NCBI GenBank assembly: GCA_030141605.1
Contig: JAQGDQ010000101.1
Span: 186,001-250,000 of the forward strand
Direction: 5' to 3'
From: Tubiluchus corallicola
Lineage: Eukaryota > Animalia > Priapulida
DNA length: 64,000 nt
Below are positions 37,827 to 50,300 of this stretch, one piece after another. Position 1 is the stretch's first letter. Each line of letters opens with the position of its first letter. The notes below the pieces were generated by a model. It saw nothing but the letters and a program-made list of their open reading frames with translations, had not been told where the DNA came from and searched no databases. The translations under genes were made by a program, and so were the position numbers.

Positions 37827-40800
37827 CAAAAGAATTGTTTGTAAGCAATTTGTGTAAATATAAATGCACGAAATTCGTTTGTTAAGAGTTTTTTATTCTT
37901 GTTTCTTGCCTTTGCTCTCAATAATTTTTTGGTGATACATGACAGATTGGCGTTATTATAAGTGTATTAACTTTTGTCCGTATTTAGTTTCTTACAGCCA
38001 CTGCTGTAAAATGCAACATGATTACACTGCGGTGTAGTTACAGCTTTCAGCATTCACATTGTGTTACATGAAATTTGTACAAAGACTAAGAGCGATGTAA
38101 TTAAGCAATTTGATGTGATTACAGACATTTTATTATAGGCATTACTGAATAGCTTCACCCTAAAAAATACACATTAGAGAACTCATGTTGAACTGCTCCA
38201 CCAGCCTTCTAAACTAATTAGAAACTGTGCTGTCTGAGTGTTCCAAAAATTATGCACACAAATTTACTATAGTGATCTAGAAATTAAAATCCAAATGTTT
38301 ATGATATGGTTTGCATTATTCTCTGCACATTGTCTTGCAGCACATGCTGGCAGCATTACACTACTGCACTTGGAATGCAGTGTAACCCAATTTGTATCCC
38401 TGTGTTGAAAATATTACAAATTTTAAGTGTGATAAGCCACAGTTAACAAAGTTAATGGTTTATATAAAATGAGATTATTAAAGGAAAGGATCGGTTACCT
38501 AGAATGCTGTGTTTATTTTACTGTTATCGCTTTAACTTAGAAAAATATAACAAAGAAATTTGCAACTTGTACTGTACTGTGTTGTATAGAAATTTTCCGG
38601 CATGGTCGCGCCGTGGTGGTAGTCGCCTTTCACCTGAAAGTTATATTGTAATTGGTTACTTTCATGACTTTTCATAAGTGCATTGTGGCTTTTTGTAAGA
38701 ACCTGTTGCTTAAACTAATTCAAACTTCTGCGGCTTACTTGATGTTTATGCGCAAGTACAAAAAATTAGCCAATTTTTAGAAAAATGTTTTGCACTTTTG
38801 ATGAAAATTGACATTACGCTACCTTTTCTCAGTAAACGTGTGACATCATTGGTGGAAAATGGGCGTTCAAAATGGGAGCAGCCCAAGCGGGAAATAATTG
38901 TGACTTTATAAAGTGATTTTACATAATGATTAATGAGTGGAGAAGAAAATGGTGAAAAATCATAAGCTAGTCAAAATTTGAACCAGAGACCTAGTGATCA
39001 AGTCCAGACTGGCTCGTATGATATTGTAACAAAATGACATTTGTTTTTAACCCCACCCCTGTAATAGTTCTGTCCATTATGAAGCCATTGCATACTGGCA
39101 TCTATAAATACGCTAGGTTGTGATGGTTCTGGTGGTCTAGTAGGTACTTTTTACCATCTCAGCACCTGTTCCACTGACATGGAGGACGTGAGAAGAGCAA
39201 CCTGGCAATTTATAAATAGATTTTGTTATTGACCATATCAGCACCATCAGGTTTCGTTACAGCATACATTTATACCAAATAGACTAGACAGGTCAGTTTG
39301 TACTGAACATTAAAAAATACCAATACCATCATGCCCTATTTTGCTGCTCATTTCCAAATTAGTTTTTTTCTGGTAATACTCCCTACTGTAGTGGCAGGCC
39401 TAGCTGGGTATCAAATCAGTACATTTTTGTGTACATTCATAATTTACTGCAACCCTCATTTCTTGATTATTTTTGTACAAGTACTGAAATTCACAATTAT
39501 AATATAAGATACAGACTTACCTATCACTAACTACAGTGCAACATTAATGTTAGAAAATGAATTATAATTGCCCCTTACATGGAATCCAATTGCTCCATCT
39601 ATCAAAAATGCCAGCTCACTGTCGATCTGTTTTTGAATTTTCAACAACTTAACATCTTGGGTAATCAAGTATTGCCTCTTCCATGAATGTTTGCTAAATG
39701 TATTAAAACATTTATCATTTGCTTGTACCATACTTCAGTTTATATTGCAATTATGAAATATCACTAACATCCATTGTCTCTTTCTAACTATCAGTCATAC
39801 GTTATTAATAACTATTTTTCACTACTAATTCCGACCTAGTATAAGCTTGCTTCACAGATCTGCAGCGCCATATATAATTTCATAATTTGAAAGCTGTATG
39901 AATTACAAATTGCATTTACGTGCTTTTGATGTAAAAGTATTATGATTATGTTGCAGAATACAAAAAATTAATTGAATAATAAATAACACGGAAAGAACGA
40001 ATCTCTCATAGTGTGTGGAAAATGCCCAAAACTGACGTTTTAGTAGTATAATTGTGACATTTATTAGAGTTGCCTGGGATTTCCCATGAACCTGCATTTT
40101 CCATCGTTTAGAGTCATTGTGTAATTACTACAAATAAAGCTGACATGAGAATAAGACTTCAGTTATTCAAGAATTCACTGCATTACTATTAATTAAACCA
40201 TCTAAATAGCAAATAGTTAACTAAATACAGGTTAATTACTTTAGTATTTTTATTCTTTACATTCATTACGTGTAGTTATGTATAACCGAAAAAGTTTTTC
40301 ACGTGATTATTCTACATGTAATTCCGTAAGGAAACCTTACAAAACTAGAGTGATACACGTATTTACAAATTATATGCTTGCACTGACTTAAATAATCCGT
40401 CAGCTCCTGGGACCTTTTACCCCATCAAAGCTAAATTAGCACAGTACCTTTTTACGTCACATTAATAATATAACTTTTTTTCAGTAAAACACTACAGTAT
40501 TATTATTTACATTTTGGATCTTACAAATTAAAATGGCTACATCACAGAAGTACAGCTGATCACTAGTTCTAATTGGGAATTTAAAATACATGTATACAAA
40601 TTGATTTTAACATTACAATGGAGAAGTTATCGCCATTCGTTGGGTGGGAGGGGGAATAGGTAAAAGTTGGTTTATATTGTTTTAAGTACACCCCCGTTTG
40701 TTCTTTTTCTGTAGCTATTTCCTGTTGACTTTTCTGCAGGTGGAAAACACATCTGCATGCTACATAATGCCACTTAATACTGACTCACCATTAGTACTAT

Positions 40801-41366
40801 ATAAATTTACAAGACTAGAAATTTCAGTGTCTTTCATATACTTGCGATGAACTGATATTGTATATCTAACAATTGTATCCACTAGCACTGAAACTACAGC
40901 ATTTGGTACTTGGTCACCTATGTATAATTGGTGAAAAAAACAGATTGTAACTGGAATAGTCCAATACAAAAACAGTCGAACACAGAGAAACTGCTTCAAT
41001 TGTATCACACCTCCCAATCTTACATATAAACGGTAAAGCTACATATCAATTTATTTCCTATTTACAATCTTATTTAGAGATATTTTTCAACACATTACAG
41101 TAAAGACAGCAAACACGTATTTACAACTGGCAACAATTTTACTACCAGCTTGGGAGACTTGCTCCATCAATAAACTGGACACAAATCTAAGGTATTACTA
41201 ACTAGTATGCTACCATTTCAAAAGGGTATTACATGAACAAAAATACATGTCACATACATAATGTCTTGTTTTCAGCTAAGCAATGCACTTTTGACCTTCA
41301 AGTTATACCAGCTACATCAAAGAAATATGTACATCTTTAACATTTCATACAGTTAAAGAAAAACAT

Positions 41367-44300
41367 TTAGTTGTCGTCGCCATCAACTAATAGAGGTAAT
41401 GAATCGGTTTTGGAGACACAGGAATCATCATCAAGAACATTTAAATCTTGGTCTAGATTAGCAGCTAACGTGATTGGAGAATCTTCGTGAACTTGTTCAA
41501 TAGGAACCTGTTCCCGAAATCCTAATGATAAATTATTACGACTAGCATACTCCGAGTTGTCTACATCTGGGAGTGGACTATGAGCCCGAGAAGTTTGTCC
41601 CGTAGTGGACGGAGAACTTATCAGCAATACGCGTTCTGCAATATCATCCACGCTAGCAGCATCATTACCGTAATTGCTATCAGTAACGTCACGGTCAATG
41701 CTTCTAAATTCACACTCCCCCAACTGCACGTTACTCGTGACAGCATCGGGGAGTGACGAAGATAGACTGTCGTCTAATGCACGTGCTAGAGGTACTTCTG
41801 CACTCGAGTTACTGGAATTACTGTACAAACCACTTTTGTCAATGGTGGCAGTCACTGGGACATTGTACTGTGTAGTACTGTCAATGACTGCATCTTGAAA
41901 TCCACTTGTACTATTCGACTCTTCAATCACAGCACCCTGAGACAAACTATCATCGTTGGTGTAATCAGTTGTCCGCAGTGGGTATGGCATCGATTGAGGA
42001 GAGGCGAATTCGTGCTCGCCATCTGCATCACAATATTCAACAGTACTATCAACTGGTGGTGATGAATCATCTGCTGCGTACGAACTTAAAATGTTTTCGC
42101 CATTTTCACTCTTATGCTGCACATTTGCTTCACTGTCAGCATTATAGTTACCACCAAGTGCACATTCTTCGCTGTCATTAACATCGTCTGCACTGATTTC
42201 CTGTTGAGCAACACCAATCGAAACTTGTTCCAAATGCTCATACTGATATTCCCTGCTGGATTTTGAAATATTGACGTAATCATGTTTCACACCGTCTATA
42301 GACGTCGATGTTATCATACTTAAGCCTACATCCATACCACTGCTAGATGGCACTGCTGGCTCTTCTATTTCTCCAGTGGACTGTTCAACATTAACAAAAG
42401 CAACAGGCGAGACAGTGTCCTGGTCATATGGGCATTCACCTTCTGGTGTTACTGGACCTTTCCTAAAATATATTGGTTCTGTCGGTAGTTCTGTTTCCAT
42501 TTCAGCATCGGACATGATTTCACCTTCTTCTGGGTCAGATTTTGCTTCACCGTTGTCGTCAGTAGTTTCTACAACAGCCGGAATTGCTTGAGATTTTCTA
42601 GGCCACTCACTTATAATAACTTTCGGCTCAGTGTTAGCACATGGTGTCAACTCTGCCTGTGGAAACCTTTTGTTGGAGCCAAAAGAACGCGTTAGAGACG
42701 AATCCCATTCCATAGTTTTTAAGATCCCTTCCAAATGTTCTCTTTGTTTTATAGGTGATTCAACAGCTGCCTCCAATTTACTGTCTACAATATCATGAGA
42801 ATAAGGATGAGTAACATCAACACGTTCCATGCCGTAATGGGGCAAAGTTTCATCCATTGTAACCGTATGATGCATTACTTTAGCAGATCGCCATCTTTCT
42901 TCACACACATCATGTTCTTGATGAGCAATTACCGAAGCTTTAAAATTACTACTGCCTGTGTGCTGACTATGATGAGAAATGTCACTACCTCTAGACCCCG
43001 ATCTTGTATCACGGATCCCATGACTGTGGTCCTCACGATGTTTCTTCATATTATAGTCTGAACTTTCTTTGGATGGCGAGGTATCATGATCATGTTTTCC
43101 ATAACGCCTCCTCTTTACATCAAGTTCAGGCTGTTCTAACCACATAGCCTCAGAATTACGACGTTTTTTCCTAGTTTCTTCAGAATTACGACGTTTTTTC
43201 CTAGTTTCTTCGCTTCCAACAAACTCATCGGTGCTATCGCTGAGTAGCTGATAATCACTTCCACTATGGAAACTGCCTTTCTTACTGTAATTACTTTGTT
43301 CGGATTTATCCCAACTGCTCCGGCGTGAAGCACGTTCACCCGTTTTACATGAACCATTCATTTCAGTATCCTGATACCGACTTCTAGTTGAGCCAAAAGC
43401 AAATGGCAAACCAGAATCATCATCTTTAATTACTTTTGAAGATGCAAATCCAAGAGGCAAACCCATATCTTCCATACTCAGGTGAGCATATGATTTTGGT
43501 TCTTTGGGTCCCTTTTCTACAGTAAAAGGTCTCTTCCTTTGTTTTTCAGCTGACAGCAATGGTTTAACAGTTAAATTTACGCCAACAGTTAGAGCGAAAT
43601 CTTGTAGGTCATCGGCTGTATTTTCATCAGTTTCTTGACTTGATGATGCTTTTTTCACCTCTTCACTACCTGCCGATTTGCTTTTGTCAATCTGGAAAGA
43701 ATGTCTGCTTCCGCTACTCTGGTTAATATTTTTGCTTTTTTGAGCTCTGACAGAAATGCCACCCTGGATTTGCTGTAAAAATGCTGCAATACCAAAACTA
43801 CCACCTTTCGATAAATTACTTCTCGAAATATCTTCTGTTTCTTCATCACGCTCATTATTATCTGAAGTTTCCTGCTGCACTGCTCCATCTGTATTGCCTC
43901 CACTTGTAATACCAGCAGCTAGATTGTGTTTCAAACCATTGCCAGAATTAGTTTTTTTTAGTGTTACATCCACAGGAGCAGCTGTAATAAAACCATCATC
44001 ATTTGCATTAAATGCAAATGGTTTATTTTTTTGTTCAGTAATGTGGTTCGTTTTCGAAACAAAACCATTCTGCAAAGTTTCAACACACTGCCCTTCAGAT
44101 AATAAACTAACATCACAGTTCATTATGGTTGGAAATTTATAATATACTTCCTCTGTACCTGGAGGAGGCGGTTCTTCGCCACCTTCTTCTTCAGACAGTG
44201 GCTCCTCTAGCATTTCACTTAGGCTTGCATTTCTAACTGAATCATTCCAATGCATCCACATGGTGTCCACTTCAGCATGATCAGACGAACTTACAGTGGC

Positions 44301-47300
44301 AGCGATACTTGCAGTTTTGTCAGATTCTGAGTCAGGCAAGTTATCAAACAAAGCTTTCTCACCTTCATAATATGAATCACAGTGTTCAGTGGCAGTTACT
44401 CCAGGAGGTAGAGGTTCCTTTCTTTGTGAACCCGTTACTCTAGGAGCCCCGAGCTCCTCTCTCCGTTCAGCATGTTCCACTTGAAAAGACAAGTCAGGGC
44501 CACCCTGCATGCCAATGTTCATAAACTGTGGAGAGCCCATGCTTTCCGAAAGCTCCGCAGGAGCAGGAGGACCGCCCTTCATGTCAACGCCCATAAATTG
44601 ATGAGAAACCACACTTTCAGAATGGCCTGTAAGAGTTAACCGAGTGCCACCATTCATGTTAGAGTTCACAAATTGCTGAGGCGGCAAGTTTTCAGGACAC
44701 GCTGTAGGTGATGTTGTTTTTGCTGGAATACAGTTTGAGTCTTTAGAGCCAGAGCGAACAGCTCCTTTAGCTTTCCATTGTGGAGAACCAAAAGAATTTT
44801 GGAAATCATAATTCTCATCTCCCTTTTTCCACTTAGTAGAGGAAAATGACATCGGAAGTGCATGTGGATCATCTGCTTTGTCAAGTTTATTGAGATTTGA
44901 TGCAGGACTGTTTTCCATCCCAAACAATTTCTCTTCTGTACTGAAATTCCTGGTAGCATTTTGGTTCTTATTCTGTATTCTTTCCATTCTAGAATTGGCA
45001 CCCAATGGTAAAATATTCGGATTATTTTTGTCTACTTTTCTATTGTATTTACCACCTCGCAATGAAATCGGCAGAACACCATTATTTTCTTGCTGGTGCT
45101 CAACACTTGGTAGATCTCTTTGCCACTTTGACGAAGCAGTAGACGAAGGAGTTGTACCATCATATCTCCTCCACTTTTTAGATTCAAATGACATAGGCAG
45201 TGTATGAGGATCAGCCACTTCATTATTCCATTTGGTTGATCCAAAAGCAAATGGTAACTCATGACAGCCATCTTCGGCTTTCGTCCTTTCTTCGAAATCA
45301 CCTTCAAGCATTCCTTCACTTTTCCATCTAGACTTCCGTGCATGCGGTTTATTAAACGATTCTACAGAATTTCTTCTACGATCCCATTTATTTGAATTGC
45401 CACTAAATGAACGATCTTGCTGGACATTTTCTGACTGTCTCCAGCCTTTGTTTTCACTCCATCTATTCTGCTGTGGTCCCCACCTGCTTGCTCTTTGGCC
45501 ACCCCTGTTAGCCCTTCCACTTTTATCATCAGTGTTCCAGCGACCTGGTTGCCGATTATCACGTTGCCCTCTATTGCTATGGTCCATGAACTGATTTTGT
45601 AAAAAAGCTGACCGTTGCAATGGGTCCAAGTAGGACTGATGGTCGGATGCTAAATCTCTCTGCATAGGAGCCACCTGATCACTGCCCGGAATAAGTTTTC
45701 GCGGAGCAATAGGAACATGACTATGTGGGACCAATTCGGGTGGTCGATTTAGATCCAACTGGTTACTCGGTGGTGTGGAGGGTATTGGTAAAATTCCTGA
45801 GGCATTCCTCAAAACCGGTAATCTGTGTTCACCCAATAGTGGGGCTTGGCCTGTGTCAACTGCCATTAATGGTGTAGGAGCTGAACTATTGGATAGAAGC
45901 GGAGGAGGTGGAGCCATTGGTGGGCCAAGCGCAGATAATCCAGCTAACCCGACATGACCCATCTGCGTCAGTTGTTGACTAATAGCTTGAAGTCCCTGAA
46001 CGGCAAGTGCCTCTGTAGTGACAGGCATGTCTGAAACTAATCCCAAGTCGGACTGTTGCTTTGCCCAACTGGCCAAGACTTCAGTCAAGGTTCTTTGAGC
46101 AGATTGCGGAGCATTACCATCGTTGCTTGATACAAAGGCAGGTGAGTGTGGTACATTCATCACTGGTTGCATTGTTTGCAGCACACCTACAAAAGTTGAC
46201 TCCAATTAAAAGTAATAAGCAAAATAGAAAATTCATTAAAAAAGGGCTTCGTTTATCAAATCAACACAAACACAAAAAAATACAATGCCCTCTCCTGCTG
46301 TTACCTACTTACTTTATGCAAGAAATTGCCAAGACAAAGGCAAGGCATGAATTCTACTACACGGATGCAATTTAATATTCACACTCACAAGTGAAAAGAA
46401 AGCTTCCTTAAAAACTAATTTACTTTTCTTACAAAATGTGGAAGAAATGACATAAACCATATGAGGGGTATTGGGAAATGATTTCCTCCCCTATACTGAA
46501 TAAACTAAAAAGAACAAAAAAAACTGAAAAAAAACATGAGAAAGAGTATTTAATTTTGATTAAATATCTAGTAGCACCATTGTTTGCAGCTCTGATGGCT
46601 TTAAGTAGACAAATCTGCAATTCCTGGATAATGGTTTATCAAAGGAATGGTCGTAACTCATTTCTTTCAAAATCTTCATTGGTAATTTATTTCCGACTGT
46701 AAGAAGTGGACAGAAATCCAAAAAAACACATTAGATAAGAAATATTACGATGAAAACTAAGTTTATATCTACTTGTAATAAATTTTAGGTACAGAGGGCT
46801 ATTCCTGACTTCCTGTATGTGTTAGTATGCCTTATTAAGTAATTAACAGAAGAAAAATACTCACCAGGCAAACCTTGTTGCAATAATGACATGTTAACAG
46901 GAGGTAATGTATTGCCAACAGCTTGCTCTTGTTGCAGAGTGGTCTTAGCTTTCTTTAACTGTTTCTCATAAGTTTCTAAAACACAAAAACACAGATGAAA
47001 ACATTTTCTGCAATAAGCCACATATAATGCTTTGTGCATAACGCACAATGTAGCATTCATTACATTGAAATTATCACAAGACAAAAGTTAGCAGAATGAA
47101 GTAATAACAATGCACAGTGACTGGTAAAATGACATACTTTTCAACTCATCTGTTAACGTTTGCTTTTCAATCCAACCACCCTCTGCTAGCGCAACCATGT
47201 TTTTGGGCATTTTCTTGTATGGTATATGGAATACACCCAGATCAACATCCCAAAATTCACGATATCTCGGCTCTTTTGCACCTTTTCCTGGTGCCCAGTC

Positions 47301-50300
47301 CATCTATCAAAACATAGGCACAAAATATAATTGAAATTAATGTGAAACATTACAGAACTACCTAGATGCTTGTATTACTTTTCAAATAAATTTAATATTT
47401 GTGAAGAAATGAATAGTTGAGGAATTTATTTATTTTTATAATACCTTTTCAGTGACACAACTACCACACAATCTGATAAATAACTTCAGTTTAATGGTTC
47501 TTATGGTAAAAACTTTATATTATCCAGAGCCGGATTATCCTATAAGCTAGTCGAGCCTTGGTAACATTCGGTAAAAATCTGTTTTTCACTTCGGCTGTGT
47601 TGAAATATGTGCTAATTTAGTTTGCAAGATCATAATCTTTATACATAATTATATATTGCTGCACTTGTGAATAGTGAATGATTAATTAATGCTTAATAAT
47701 TAATATTGTTTATGATATTAAACATCTAAAGAAGTCAGACTTTGTAGCAGAAAATCATTTATTAACATTGAACATTTTGGTTATCCCAGATTACAGCTAC
47801 ATACATATAGGAGATCTTTTTCTAACTGTGTCATATTTAGATTATATGTTACAAATTTTCAAAATTTAAAAAATTGAAAAATAATGTTTTAGTTGAACTT
47901 CAACATTGTTTAGTCACACAGTTTGAAAAATATCTTAAGATTTATAAACGAAAAACAATGGTAACAGCATTTATTAACATTGAACATTTTGGTTATCCCA
48001 GATTACAGCTACATACATATAGGAGATCTTTTTCTAACTGTGAAATATTTAGATTATATGTTACAAATTTTCAAAATTTAAAAAATTGAAATATAATGTT
48101 TTAATTGAACTTCAACATTGTTTAGTCACACAGTTTGAAAAATATCTTAAGATTTATAAACGAAAAACAATGGTTACAGGGGAAACCGAAGCATTTAATT
48201 TATAAAAAACTCTAATAACATTAACATTATCTGTTATTATCCATTAAAGCAACTCTTCCGTAACATCAGTCTTATAAAATATAATATTTTATGATTTAGC
48301 ATATCACAAGTAATTATCACACACCTTCAGAATGACTCCTTGCAGCCGAGCATTTCTTAATGACTTCAAGGCCAAATGAGCTTCCTCCCTCTCCTTCATA
48401 ACTAAAAATGCACAACCTTTGGAATGAATCATCTGAAAAACAAAATGACAGCAACTACTTAGAATTCCAACATGTGCTGGTATGTGTGTTTGCTTATTGA
48501 ACCACCATTAAATACATTACATACTTACAAACAAACAAACAAGACAGATTTAATCTACAGTGAAAACGTTTACTAGAGGGAAAACTTGCTTACAAAGGAA
48601 TATTGTGGCTTTGCTATACAGAATAAGTAACAGTTAATTCATACAAATATTAAAAATAGTTATCACAATCACAACAATGTTACATTAAGTAGTATTAATA
48701 ATTTTTTACACAACTGTATTTAGATTTTATATAGACAATCGATTCCGAGTCTAAAGGTTGATTCCAGAAAAGCTATAATGATCTTGCATAATTCAATATC
48801 TTGTCTACTCAAGACAAATTTATCATTGTCATTTGGTACTGCAGAAAACTCAGGGAACAGATTTTCAATATTATTAAAAAAGTGTCAACCTATCATCCTG
48901 ATAATGTGGACACGTAATGACTAAGTGCGATATGGTTAAGGCACAATAAATACAAATTTGTTCACGCACAGGGATTTTGTAAGGTTTGTGGTACCAGCCA
49001 GACTCAATGGGCAAATTATGAGCCACGTATCCTAAATTTGGTATAGTTTATTATAGCAAAAATTTTCAAAGCAAAAATATCATTAATAGTAATCGTAATC
49101 ATAATCGCAGTATCGTAATCGATGCAGGATCGTAATCATGAACTTCTGACTGGTATAGGACCCCAGCCTGCCCAAGGGATAGCCTCAGGACATAAATGTC
49201 TTATGGTATGTTAGTATCAAACTATTGCTTAATCTACTGAAGAAAACAGAACAGTAAAAAGCACAATAAACTTACATGAATTGATTCCACCTCTCCATAA
49301 TCATCAAACAACTTCAACAATTCCAAGTCGCCCATTGTTGGTCTCAGTGATCCAATCCAAATTGTTCTGCTACAAACTATGTAAAATGAAATGACACATC
49401 AACTGACTGCACACCAATTTCTAACTACAATACTGTTATTGAACATGATGTTTATGATGTATAAAATTTACTAATTCCTCGGCTCTTACATATTAGGATG
49501 ATACATCCTTGTTACGTTTTTGCGTTTCTGCAAATATGAAGATACAACATTGTGTACTTTTACATTAACAACAATAATTTTGGTAATACTAGAATAAATA
49601 AGTTATATGACTGTTACTGACCACCCTCCTTTACGCATAGCATGCCTGTGTTTTACGATATTCCTGCAATTTTTTTTATATTTTGGTCACTATAGTATGT
49701 TACATCAGTACTTAAAACCTTTCTATTGACATTAACATGTATAAAGCATAAATTTCGTTCGTAATAGCCTAAACAAGTTAAAAAGTTGATTAGTTTTCTA
49801 AAACTATTGCAATTTGCTGCAAAAACTAATCAATTACCTATTTACCCTGCCTCAAGCTATGTTGGCTTCCTCTGCTGTATAGAAGTGATAGATGAATCAT
49901 TAACAGGTAGAAAATACAAGCTGCAGCAATATACACTGTCTCTAGCAAGCAGCTAGATAGCTTCAGTAGGATCCCAAGCACTAGGTATGTATAAGTGAAG
50001 GAGATAGCACCGCATTTATCTGGCAAGCACCGGGAATATGTTGCACAGCTAGCTACGACATATCCAGCAACTTAATGCTGCTTCGTTAGCAGACATTTTC
50101 CACAGGACAGATGTTAAGTTGTCTCTTCAGTATGTCTCTGAATGTCTGAAGATGTATAGTTAAATCTGCTAAGGTATGCCTATGAATACAGCGTTATGTT
50201 TAATAGCCTGTGTTTAAGATTATATTTGCAAAATACGTAATTAATTTTTGTTTTGAGTTAAATATAATATTATGCAAAATGAGTATTATTAATAGAACAA

